A stretch of DNA of 62,949 bases, counting the filler. It is 7 parts of 7 records of this genome, joined end to end, with 100 filler letters (N's around TTAATTAATTAA, not from the genome) between each part and the next. Parts side by side here need not be neighbours in the genome. Positions count along the whole stretch, not along the records: positions 25,444 to 32,374 come from SRR31156797_17125; positions 32,475 to 40,223 come from SRR31156797_17135; 5 more parts are not named here. One strand, written 5' to 3'. The position numbers were made by a program, and so were the translations under genes. This document shows positions 28,219 through 37,789 of this stretch, piece after piece (position 1 is the stretch's first letter; every line of letters begins with the position of its first letter). The notes beneath the pieces are model-generated. The model had not been told where the DNA came from and did not search any database. It saw only the letters and a program-made list of their open reading frames with translations.

Positions 28219-29556
28219 TTAATTTGAGTGGAGTTGGAATTTGTTTATTAAACGAATAAATTCTTCTTTTTGAAAAGGTTTTGCAATAAAATCATTAAAT
28301 CCGGCATGCATGGCTTTCTCTTTTTCTTCTTCAAGCGAAAAAGCAGTTTGGGCAATAATCGGAATATCCCGATCAAATTTGCGTATTTCCTCAAAGGCTT
28401 GGTAACCATCCATTTCAGGCATTTTTATGTCCATAAGAATAAGATTGTAATTATTGGAAGGGTAACACATTTGTACAGCCTCTTTGCCATTTTTTGCCCG
28501 TTGAAATGGGATTTTTTGCTGTTGCAGAATCTCTTGAACGTATCTGAAATTTAGGTCATCGTCTTCAACAATTAAAAGGAATTTAAAATTGGGGTGCTGT
28601 TGTTCGTTTTTTGAAGGTATATTTTCGTTCAAAACTTTTTTATAATGAATGGTAACCGTAAATTCAGTTCCGGTTTTAATATTCGATTTCACATCGATTT
28701 TGCCGCCTAGTAAATCAATATTTCCTTTACAAATGGCTAGTCCCAGTCCAATACCATCATATAGTTTAAAATTATTTTTTGAAGCTTTGCTAAATCGTTC
28801 AAAAATTTTATGCTGTGTTTCCTGTTCTATTCCTATTCCGGAATCTTTTACATAAAATTCAAGCATTTCTTTTTTTATAGTATATCCAAATTTTATTTGA
28901 CCTTTTTCTGTGAATTTAATTGAATTATGAATAAGGTTATAAATTATTTGCCTGAGTTTTGTTTTATCGGTAATAATCTCTGAATCAATATTATTCAAAC
29001 TTTTTTCCAGCAAAAAAGTTACATCCTTTTTTACTTGAGGTTTAAAAATTTCATACAGCTCGTCTAATAATATATTTAAATTAACCTGCTCTTTATTAAT
29101 TTCTATATTACCTGATTCAATCATAGAAATGTCAAGCACATCGTTTACAATTGTTAATAATTGATTTGAAGAACGGCTAATAATTTTTAAGTATTCTCTT
29201 TTTTTGTTTTCAGTTAAATCGTTGGATTCCAACAATCCGGTAAAACCAATTATCCCATTCATCGGTGTTCTTATTTCGTGCGAAATGTTTTGCAGAAAAG
29301 CTGTTTTTAACCTGTCACTTTCTTTGGCTACCTGTTCTGCTTTTCTTAATCTTTCCAAATGCTTTTTTAGTAATAGATAAAACAGAATTCCTGTAACGAT
29401 TACATAAAACCAACCTTTGTACGTTTGAATTTGTGTTAGAAGCTCAGCTTCAGAAACAAATAAATTGAGAATTTTATCTGAAAAAATTATCCAAATTCCA
29501 CCAATTAATAAATAGGCAGCAGTAATTCGGTATTCAAATTTTAAAAATTGTTTCAT
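28219..29556 (-). CDS. Membrane hybrid histidine kinase (2 TM-HisKA-HATPase-REC)
   Basis: FLQNISHEIRTPMNGI, NLIHNSIKFT, DSGIGI, GIGLGLAI, LMDIKMPEMDG. Confidence 0.93.
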   Translation of the reverse strand: MKQFLKFEYRITAAYLLIGGIWIIFSDKILNLFVSEAELLTQIQTYKGWFYVIVTGILFYLLLKKHLERLRKAEQVAKESDRLKTAFLQNISHEIRTPMNGIIGFTGLLESNDLTENKKREYLKIISRSSNQLLTIVNDVLDISMIESGNIEINKEQVNLNILLDELYEIFKPQVKKDVTFLLEKSLNNIDSEIITDKTKLRQIIYNLIHNSIKFTEKGQIKFGYTIKKEMLEFYVKDSGIGIEQETQHKIFERFSKASKNNFKLYDGIGLGLAICKGNIDLLGGKIDVKSNIKTGTEFTVTIHYKKVLNENIPSKNEQQHPNFKFLLIVEDDDLNFRYVQEILQQQKIPFQRAKNGKEAVQMCYPSNNYNLILMDIKMPEMDGYQAFEEIRKFDRDIPIIAQTAFSLEEEKEKAMHAGFNDFIAKPFQKEEFIRLINKFQLHSN

Positions 29557-29748
29557 TGTGTATTTTGTGAGCGCAAATAAAATCAGTTTTTAAATGGTAA
29601 AATATGATTTTTATTATTTGCTGTTGTTTGGTGACTGGAATCATTTTATATTTCTTTATGGTAAAACATTTATTTACCGAAAAAGTTCTTAGTTAGATAC
29701 TTAAAAGTATTTTTTTGTAAATTTTTCATAAAACTTAAAAAATATAAT

Positions 29749-30195
29749 ATGAGTTTGAATCGATATTTTACACTAATTATTATTGTTTTTCTTTTTACAA
29801 ACATTGGAATAGCACAGGATGAATCTGATATCTTAAAGATTCGTGAATTGCTAAATAAGCAGGTTGAAGCCTGGAATGAAGGAAACCTAGAAAAGTTTAT
29901 GGAAACATACTGGAATTCGGAAAAACTGGTTTTTGTTGGTTCGCACGGTCCAACTTACGGGTGGCAAGCTACTTTAGAGAGTTATAGAAAAGGGTATCCC
30001 GATAAAAAGGCCATGGGAAATCTGGAGTTTAATATTCTTGATATTACTAAAATCGATAAAAAAACAGTCTTTGTAATTGGCCGGTTTGAACTTACCCGCG
30101 AAATGGGCGATTTAGCCGGGCATTTTACATTGGTAGTTCAAAAAATAAATGGGAAGTGGTTAATTGTAAGCGACCATTCGAGTGGTGAGAATTAA
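29749..30195 (+). CDS. Secreted NTF2-like protein (YybH/DUF4440)
   Basis: Signal peptide, AWNEGNLEKFMETYW, GWQATLESY, WLIVSDHSS. Confidence 0.85.
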   Translation: MSLNRYFTLIIIVFLFTNIGIAQDESDILKIRELLNKQVEAWNEGNLEKFMETYWNSEKLVFVGSHGPTYGWQATLESYRKGYPDKKAMGNLEFNILDITKIDKKTVFVIGRFELTREMGDLAGHFTLVVQKINGKWLIVSDHSSGEN

Positions 30196-30201
30196 AGGAT
30201 T

Positions 30202-30387
30202 AAATTGCAAAATTGTTAAATGGTTAAACTATCAAACTGTTAAATTGTGAAAGTATAACAATTCTAACAAGCTAACAACATTAGTAAATGAATAAGTAAT
30301 AACTCTAAAATTGAAAAATTGTTTGAATTATAAAACTGTCAAACTGTTAAACTGTAAAATTGTAGAATTGTTATATTGTAAAACTGC
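30202..30387. repeat. Degenerate 8-bp tandem repeat arrays (AAA[T/C]TGT[T/A])
   Basis: Units AAATTGCA AAATTGTT AAATGGTT AAACTATC AAACTGTT AAATTGTG (30202-30249) and AAACTGTC AAACTGTT AAACTGTA AAATTGTA GAATTGTT ATATTGTA (30333-30380), with inverted TAACAA units between. Confidence 0.8.
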
Positions 30388-31449
30388 TTAATCTTGTTTT
30401 CTGAAAACAATTTGGAGTTCTAATTCAGAGTTTACAGGATGTCCGTCTATTATTTCAGGATTCCATCCGGGGCCGTTTTTTATAATTTCTTTTGAACGCT
30501 CAAAAAGTGCTGAATCGGCCTGTTTGGTATTTAAAATCTCTGCGATTTTTCCTTCGATATCAATTTTAAGGAGTAATAAAACAGTGTCATTATTGTTTTT
30601 ATACGCTTTTGGAAGAACCGCCTCTTTTTCCAAATATTTCTCAAATATTTCAAAGCCATTGGCAGGTTGAGGTTTTTTATCCTGCAGAATATCGGATGAT
30701 ATCATTCGCGATTGTTTTTGTGATAAAGTCTGGGTTAATGTTTCATCCATTGCAGGTGTCTCAAATGAATCGGAAAGACTTTTCATAATATTTACTGATT
30801 GCAGACTGCTTTTTTGCGTTTCTGTTTTTACAACATTTTCGTTTAAAATATCCTCATTTTTTTGTTTTTGCTGAACCTCCGTAAAAGCATACTCTTCTAC
30901 ACTTTCAGGTTTGGATATTTCCATTTCATTATCAGCATCAAATAAAAATTCTTGTTCCTGAGAAATTTCTATTTCTTCTTTTTCAGTATTTTCTGTTTTT
31001 AAAGTAATTTCTTCAGGAGATGATTTTTCCGGGCTTAATTCCGGTTGAATTAACTTTTTTTCCTGAATTTCAGGGTTATCTATTTTTTGTTCAACACCAG
31101 CTTTTTCTTGTTTTTCGATGGTTTGCGTTTCTGCCATTTCGGGAATTGGCGACTTTTCTTTTACCTGAAACCAGATTACCCCGGAAGTTACCAGTAAAAG
31201 GAATGTGGCCGCTACAGCCCAAATTGGGGATTTCGATCGTTTTTTATTTGGAGAGATTTTGTTTTTTAATTCCCTTAAATCGTGGTTTAGTTCTTCCGGA
31301 GAAATTTGCTGGAATCCTTCCAGTGCTTCTGCTTCGAAAGGATGTTTTTGTAATTCACGTTCAAAAGCATTGCGTTCTAAATCCGACATTTCATTATTTA
31401 AATATCGAATGAATTCTTTTTTGTTGATATGTGACTTTTTTGCGGTCAT
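30388..31449 (-). CDS. Putative anti-sigma factor with TM, acidic linker and TonB C-terminal-like domain
   Basis: RYLNNEMSDLERNAFERELQKHPFEAEALEG, TM WAVAATFLLLV, C-terminal PQPANGFEIF...GPGWNP...LQIVF. Overlaps the ECF sigma stop. Confidence 0.75.
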   Translation of the reverse strand: MTAKKSHINKKEFIRYLNNEMSDLERNAFERELQKHPFEAEALEGFQQISPEELNHDLRELKNKISPNKKRSKSPIWAVAATFLLLVTSGVIWFQVKEKSPIPEMAETQTIEKQEKAGVEQKIDNPEIQEKKLIQPELSPEKSSPEEITLKTENTEKEEIEISQEQEFLFDADNEMEISKPESVEEYAFTEVQQKQKNEDILNENVVKTETQKSSLQSVNIMKSLSDSFETPAMDETLTQTLSQKQSRMISSDILQDKKPQPANGFEIFEKYLEKEAVLPKAYKNNNDTVLLLLKIDIEGKIAEILNTKQADSALFERSKEIIKNGPGWNPEIIDGHPVNSELELQIVFRKQD

Positions 31450-32033
31450 TTTTTATTTTCCAAACAAATTTTCAGGTTTCTTTTTCCGTTCTGAATAAAG
31501 CTTTTCACTTTCTTTTCGTCAAATTTTAACTGGCTGCTAATTTCCCGGTAACTTTTGTTTTCATAATAAAACAACCGGATACACACTTTTTGTTCAGCCT
31601 TTAATTTTTCAATACAATCGTTTAATGCTTTTTCATTTATCTCTTCCCTGTCTCTGTCAATAGGATGCAAATCCACTTCATTTTCCATAAAAAATGCCAT
31701 TTCATTTTCATCGGCGACAGAAATTATTTTGCCGGCTTTGGTTTTACGCAATTCCATTAAACAATGATTCTTTGAAACTACATACAACCAGTTTTTAAAA
31801 TTACGGATTTCGTGTTTATCAATCTCAATAATCAGCTTTTCAAAAATCTCGATAACAGCATCCTTCGATTTTTCACGCTTTTTAAAATATTTCAGACAAA
31901 CACCGTAAACCAGGTTCATGTAGCGCGAATACAGCACACCAAGAATTTCCATGTCCCGGCTTCCAAGGAAATCAGCAAGTAAAACTTCGTCGGATTTCTC
32001 CTTTTTATTTTTGCGAAAAGGAATGAGTTGCAT
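31446..32033 (-). CDS. ECF sigma-70 family RNA polymerase sigma factor
   Basis: LYSRYMNLVYGVCLKY, FKNWLYVVSKNHCL, region 4 LFYYENKSYREIS...VKSFIQNGKRNL. Confidence 0.93.
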   Translation of the reverse strand: MQLIPFRKNKKEKSDEVLLADFLGSRDMEILGVLYSRYMNLVYGVCLKYFKKREKSKDAVIEIFEKLIIEIDKHEIRNFKNWLYVVSKNHCLMELRKTKAGKIISVADENEMAFFMENEVDLHPIDRDREEINEKALNDCIEKLKAEQKVCIRLFYYENKSYREISSQLKFDEKKVKSFIQNGKRNLKICLENKK

Positions 32034-32084
32034 ATAAACGATTTCAGCCTAAAAATAGTTCAATTTTTTTGGAATCCTTTCTTG

Positions 32085-32272
32085 GGGTCCTGCGATTTGT
32101 AATCGCAGTATTAATCAGGAGATTGCAAATCTCCGAACCCGAATCCTAAAGGGTCCTGCGATTTTTAATCGCAGAAAATCCGGAGAATGCAAATCTCCGA
32201 ACCCGAAAGCTGCTCCTAAGGGTCCTGCGATTTGTAATCGCAGAAAATTAGGAGATTAAAAATCTCCGATCC
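32085..32272. repeat. Three tandem REP-like double-hairpin units
   Basis: Units start at 32085, 32151 and 32220: GGGTC-CTGCGATT-nnn-AATCGCAG-spacer-GGAGATT-nnn-AATCTCC-GA(A/T)CC. Confidence 0.9.
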
Positions 32273-32281
32273 TGTTTCAAA

Positions 32282-32374
32282 TTACCAATCAAAAAATCCG
32301 TTTCCCGGCCAATCTTTTCTATCATTTACCAGTCCGGCATGAACAGGATTGTTTAATGTATATTCAATGGCGTT
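32282..32374 (-). mobile_element. 3' end of REP-associated tyrosine transposase (RAYT/TnpA-REP, HUH Y1)
   Basis: Hand translation NAIEYTLNNPVHAGLVNDRKDWPGNGFFDW* matches the Y-x3-NP-x2-AGLV...W C-terminal motif. Sits 10 bp from the REP-like array. Truncated by the contig edge. Confidence 0.75.
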
Positions 32375-32474
32375 NNNNNNNNNNNNNNNNNNNNNNNNNN
32401 NNNNNNNNNNNNNNNNNNTTAATTAATTAANNNNNNNNNNNNNNNNNNNNNNNNNNNNNNNNNNNNNNNNNNNN
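32375..32474. other. Artificial contig linker
   Basis: N44-TTAATTAATTAA-N44. Confidence 0.98.
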
Positions 32475-35230
32475 GTTCTTATCTCGTGACTCATATTAGC
32501 TAAGAAATCACTTTTAGCTCTGGTAGCTGCTTCCGCATCATTTTTTGCAAGCTCTAATTCCTGATTAAGATTCATTAGGTCAGTTACATCAGTTGCAAGG
32601 GTATAAACACCTATTTTTTTTCCAAATTTATCTTTGATAACTCTTTTATTAATTCTTACCCAGTTTTGTTTACCGTTTTCTGCAAATTCCAGCATCCTAT
32701 TAGTAATTACCAGATCATTTTCAAATACTTCACCATCATCTTCTGTAAACTCTTTTGCAAGATTTTTATCTAATATCTCTTCCCAAGTTTTACCTATTAT
32801 TTCTGTCCAATGATCTGCACCAACAAAGTCAGATAAAACCTTATTAGCCATTATTATTTTTCCGTCTTTATCAACTAAAGATATCATATCATCAGAACTC
32901 TCTAATATTGCAACAAAGTTCCTATTAAGAGCTGCCAGTTCGTCAATATCTTTAAATGCAACTACAGCACCAGTAATCTCTCCATTTTCAACTATCGGAA
33001 CACTGTTGTACTCTATATTAACTGAAGTGCCATCTTTTTTCCAAAGTACTTCATCTCTTACAGTACACTCATTTCCTTTTGTATAAGCTAAATAAACCGG
33101 TGATGATTCAGCTTCATATTTTTCGCCGTCAGCATGAGAGTGCATAATTTTTTCATGCAGTGACGCTCCTATTAATTCTGCTTGAGTATATCCTAAAACT
33201 TTAGTAACAGCAGGGTTAATAAATGTGATCATTCCCTCTTTATCAATTCCGACTATTCCTTCACCTACTGATTCAAGCAGCAATTTACTCTGCTGTTCAG
33301 CTTTTAATCTATCTGTTATATCCAGTGACCAGCCACCGAGCATATCTACATTTCCAAATAGATTAAACAACGGAAATTTATATTCGGCAAAAACTCTGTT
33401 TTCTCCGTCTACTTCTATAATCATATCTTTAGATATGATTCCTTTTTTATTCAAAACTTCCATATCAGATTCTTTCATCTTTCCAACGCAGAAATCAGCA
33501 TCAAATATATCTTCATCTTTCATTCCAACTACTTCGTTGACTCTATATGATGATTTGAACATTTCGTTTGCATATATATATTCACCTTTTAAATTTTTCA
33601 TATACATAATCGCAGGTGATGAATCTAATATATTTTGAAGTCTCTGCTCACTTTCAGCAAGTTGAGTCTCCATTTTTTTTCTATTTGTAATATCGCTAAC
33701 AAGTGTAACGAAATGAGTTATGTTCCCGTCATTAACCATTGGAGCTATAATTATATTTTCCCAAATTACTTCTCCATTAGCTTGTTTACGCTTCATATCT
33801 CCACGCCAAATCTCTCCATTTTTTACCTTATCTAAAATAGCAGAGAATTCTCCGGCAGAATCCGGCATCATAAGTTTAGTTCCCTCTATCTGCTCTCTAG
33901 GGAAACCTCTAACCTCACAGAATTTATCATTTACATACTCAATTGTTCTGTCAACATCAGCAATTAATATTCCCGAAGGATTTTGCTCTATCGCAACAGT
34001 TAATTTCTTAAGTCTCTCTGTTCTATCCTTTACTATCTCTTCCAGATGATCTCTGTACTCAGTAAGCTCAGCTTGAGAAGTTGTTAAATCGGCTTCTTTT
34101 TCAGCAAGTGATTTAATCATCTCATTAAAAGAGTTAGCAAGTGCTCCTATTTCATCTTTTGATTTTATATCAATTAACTCTGTAAGATCACCTGTTCTGG
34201 AAATTTTCTCAGTTTTCTTTTGTAATCTACTCAGAGGTTTTAGAACAATTTTAGATATAATAAATATTACTAGTACACTTAATGCTATTAAAGCACCAAT
34301 TAAAGCTCTTAAACTTTGTCCAATTACTCCTTTTACTTCATGCATTATATCTTCTTGGTCAACAAAAGATATTAAATCAAAATCTAACTCTTCACACTTA
34401 TATCTGAAAACAATTAGGTTTTTATCTTTCATTTCAACTCTAACTCGTTCTAAATCAAATTTAGAAAATATTGAATTTTCTCTAAAAGGATATGGTTTGA
34501 ACCAGTTTATATTTTGATTAATTAAACTATCATCTCCAGCCGACATTATCCTTCCATCTGTGTCAACCAAAGCAACCCAACCGGAACTCCCCATTCTAAG
34601 TGCCAATATATAATCTTTAACAAAATCAAGAGAAATATCCATCCCAACTACTCCATATACCTCTCCATCTTCATTAACTAAAGCCTTAGCTAAAGCTAAA
34701 GTTGCGTCATCTTCTGACATAAATACATTTGGAGTTGTAATAATTATTTCATCAGGCTTCTCCTTTGCCTTAATATACCACTCCTCTTTTCTGGGATCAT
34801 ATGACATATCTGCATTATACTCTTCATCTTTACCGACGAAACTTCCATTTTCTCTGGCCATATACACAGCCTTTGCCGAACTATGAGTTTCCACATAACC
34901 TTTAAAGAGATTTTTTATATTTGCCTCTTTGCTACTCATTTGTAAACTAACTTTGTTTTCCTCTTTATTAATACTCAAATAACTTGTAAAACCAGAAGCA
35001 TCTTTCTCTTTAACTTCTTTACTTAAAGAAAGAAGAGCTAAATCATCTCTAATTTGATCTAAATATGTGTTCATTGAAAAGTCAATATGCTCCATCTGTT
35101 TCATGAAACCATTCTCTATATCAACGAACTTCCATTTAGCAAGATCTGTTTCCATTTCAAAAAAGAAAAATACTGCAATTAAAAAACAAGATAACAGAAA
35201 AGTCGTTATCATTTTTCCCTTTACTTTCAT
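32475..35230 (-). CDS. Sensor histidine kinase: dCache-HAMP-4xPAS-HisKA (3'-truncated)
   Basis: YDPRKEEWY Cache motif, HAMP (KPLSRL...DEIGALANSFNEM), four PAS domains. Ends AKSDFLANMSHEIR at the contig edge. Confidence 0.92.
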
Positions 35231-35443
35231 AAATTACCTCCATTCATCTCTATATTAATTTTTTCTTTACTTAGTTTATCACTTACTCCTCATTATATAT
35301 ATTTTACCTTAACTTTTACTGAAAGTACAAATTCCAGATAAAATTATATATTTTAAACATAAGATTAACATATTTCAATAAAATCAATAACTTCTTTATT
35401 CATAATATTAGCAAAAATTTATGAATTTTTCTTGAATTTAGAG

Positions 35444-35473
35444 TTGAAATTTACATTCAATTAGATATATAAT
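35444..35473 (+). promoter_or_regulatory. Candidate sigma70 promoter TTGAAA-18-TATAAT
   Basis: Read directly upstream of the nitroreductase. The AT-rich background lowers specificity. Confidence 0.4.
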
Positions 35474-35669
35474 ACTATTAGAAGATTATATCTAATTAAA
35501 TATATTTTTATAAGTTTTTCTTTATTATAAAAACTAACTATACGAAGTCATTAATAAATTTGATAATTATAATGATTGTCTAAAAAAAATAAGTTCTCTC
35601 GGAAAATCAAAACATAAAAGGTTTGAGAGTTTCCGAGAGCACATAAAATATACAAGGAGGTACATCACA

Positions 35670-36293
35670 GTGATAGAAGATTTTAAAGAGTTAGCAGAAA
35701 GTCGGAGATCAGCAACTTTTTTTGACTCAAATAAAAAAATTCCAGATAAGACTTTGAGAAATATAATAAATTTAGCAGTATTAACACCATCATCTATGAA
35801 CTCGCAACCTTGGGAGGTTATAGCAATAAAATCAGATGAAAAAAGAAAAGAGTTATACGAAAAAGCATGTAAGCAAGCAAAAGTATTGGAAGCACCAGTC
35901 ACTCTTGCTATAGTTGGTAAAATCGCTGGTTATTCCAGAGATAATCCAATATGGGAAGTGAAAAAAGAGCTGCGAAATCTCAGCGAAGAATCTATAGAAA
36001 AAATGATTTCGAGAGTTGAAAAGATGACCTATCCAAGCGAAATAAAAAAATATGCCTATGCAATAAGAAATAGTTCTCTCTTTGCTATGTCTATTATGTA
36101 CTCAGCTAAATATTACGAAGTAGACAGTCATCCAATGATAGGATTTAAAGAGGAAAAAGTAAAAGAGATGTTTGATTTAGGTGAAGATAAAACAGTAATT
36201 ATGCTAATAACATTAGGTTATTTCAATCAGGATAAAAAACTATATCCACGAGAAAAAAGATTTGGATATGATGAGATTGTCACTGAGTATTAA
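35670..36293 (+). CDS. Nitroreductase family protein
   Basis: AGGAGG RBS + GTG, SRRSATFF, TPSSMNSQPW, SHPMIGF, MLITLGY. Confidence 0.92.
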   Translation: MIEDFKELAESRRSATFFDSNKKIPDKTLRNIINLAVLTPSSMNSQPWEVIAIKSDEKRKELYEKACKQAKVLEAPVTLAIVGKIAGYSRDNPIWEVKKELRNLSEESIEKMISRVEKMTYPSEIKKYAYAIRNSSLFAMSIMYSAKYYEVDSHPMIGFKEEKVKEMFDLGEDKTVIMLITLGYFNQDKKLYPREKRFGYDEIVTEY

Positions 36294-36336
36294 CTAACAC
36301 ACCTAGTCGCCTCCAAAACTAGGTTTCATATAAAAA

Positions 36337-36375
36337 CAAGCTCCCGACTTAAAATAGAGTTGGGAGCTTGCTTTT
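36337..36375 (+). terminator. Rho-independent terminator
   Basis: CAAGCTCCCGACT / AGTTGGGAGCTTG stem followed by CTTTT. Confidence 0.75.
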
Positions 36376-36417
36376 ATCTAAATATCATTTTCAATATTTA
36401 AGCAAAAAGAAATAGAG

Positions 36418-36446
36418 TTGAAATTTGTCTTTTTTACTGTTAAACT
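36418..36446 (+). promoter_or_regulatory. Candidate sigma70 promoter TTGAAA-17-TAAACT with TGn extended -10
   Basis: Read directly upstream of the HD-GYP gene. Confidence 0.45.
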
Positions 36447-36516
36447 TTTTATAATGATAAAAATAATGAAATGAATATAAGTTTTATAATTACTAATATT
36501 TTACGGGAGGATTAAA

Positions 36517-37713
36517 GTGAATTTCAATCTTAATGAATTTTTGATATCAATATCTTTTGCTCTTGATTTCGTAGAGATGGATATATTGGACAAAGTAACA
36601 AATCACAGTAAAAGAGTAGCATATATAGCGTATAAACTTGGAGAATACCTAGGATACAGCGAAGACGAACTATTTGATTTAGCAGCTCTTGCTATTATGC
36701 ATGATAATGGTACTTCCTCTTTATTTGGGAATGGAAAAAAAGTAGAGCTTGGAACAGTTGAAGGAGTTAAATCTCATTGTATCGTCGGGGAAGAAAATAT
36801 AAGGCATTTTCCATTTCTCACTTCACCAAAAAATATACTCAAATATCATCATGAAAATATAGATGGAAGTGGCTTCTTTGGACTCAAAGGAGATGACATC
36901 CCTATATTTTCTTTAATTATATCTTTAGCTGATAAAATAGAGATACAGTATAATTCACAAGGGAAATCTCAAAAGGAGATATTAGACTATTTAGAACTAT
37001 TCAGAGATAGATGGTATCCATCTGAAATTATCGATGCTTATATAGCTATTCAGAAAAATCATAGTTATTGGCTGGATATTTCTGATATGTTTGTTGCAAG
37101 TAGCTTAAAGAGAGTGCTTCCACAGAGGGAACTAAAACTTTCATATGATGAAATTCGTGAAGTAACAAAAGTTATCTCAAATATAATAGATACTAAATCA
37201 AAATTCACTAAAAGACATTCTAGCGGACTTTCTGAAAAAGCAGCAAAAATGGCTGAGTTTTATGATTTCCATATTGATAAAAAAAATAAATTTGTTATAG
37301 CTGCTGATCTTCATGATATTGGAAAATTAGCTATTTCAAATCATATTCTGGAAAAAAACGGCAAGCTGGATTATCAGGAGTTTAAAAAAATTAAAGAACA
37401 TACCTACTATACCAGAAGAGCACTTGAAAACCTGAAAGGTTTTGAAGATATTACTGAATGGGCAGCAAACCATCATGAAAAACTTAATGGAAAGGGATAT
37501 CCATACGGATTAGATGAAAGTAAATTGGATTTTCCGTCAAAATTATTAACTTGTCTGGATATTTATCAGGCTCTTGTAGAAGAGAGACCCTATAGAGTAT
37601 CATTAGGACATGAAAAAGCAATCTCAATACTTAAATCTATGCAAAAAAACGGTGAGATTGATGGAAATATCGTAAAAGATATTGATAAAGCTTTTATTGA
37701 ACTTACAAAATAA
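36517..37713 (+). CDS. Tandem HD / HD-GYP phosphohydrolase (putative cyclic-dinucleotide phosphodiesterase)
   Basis: N-terminal HD (HSKRVAY, MHDNG, HHENIDGSGFFG) and C-terminal HD-GYP (LHDIGK, HHEKLNGKGYPYG, RPYR). Confidence 0.9.
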   Translation: MNFNLNEFLISISFALDFVEMDILDKVTNHSKRVAYIAYKLGEYLGYSEDELFDLAALAIMHDNGTSSLFGNGKKVELGTVEGVKSHCIVGEENIRHFPFLTSPKNILKYHHENIDGSGFFGLKGDDIPIFSLIISLADKIEIQYNSQGKSQKEILDYLELFRDRWYPSEIIDAYIAIQKNHSYWLDISDMFVASSLKRVLPQRELKLSYDEIREVTKVISNIIDTKSKFTKRHSSGLSEKAAKMAEFYDFHIDKKNKFVIAADLHDIGKLAISNHILEKNGKLDYQEFKKIKEHTYYTRRALENLKGFEDITEWAANHHEKLNGKGYPYGLDESKLDFPSKLLTCLDIYQALVEERPYRVSLGHEKAISILKSMQKNGEIDGNIVKDIDKAFIELTK

Positions 37714-37720
37714 AAATATA

Positions 37721-37766
37721 AATAAAAAATCCCGAAACTTTAAAATAGTTATCGGGATTTTTTATT
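37721..37766. terminator. Bidirectional terminator between convergent HD-GYP and kbl
   Basis: AATAAAAAATCCCGA / TCGGGATTTTTTATT inverted repeat with A- and T-tracts. Confidence 0.85.
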
Positions 37767-37789
37767 ATTTTAGATAAACACTTTTTTGC

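Noticed and set aside
31020-31498. Plus-strand ORFs over the anti-sigma gene
   Set aside because: Antisense shadows with Phe-rich, non-protein-like composition.
32085-32272. CRISPR array
   Set aside because: The period (66-69 bp) is CRISPR-like, but almost the whole unit is conserved, there are no unique ~30-bp spacers or cas genes, and a RAYT fragment is adjacent.
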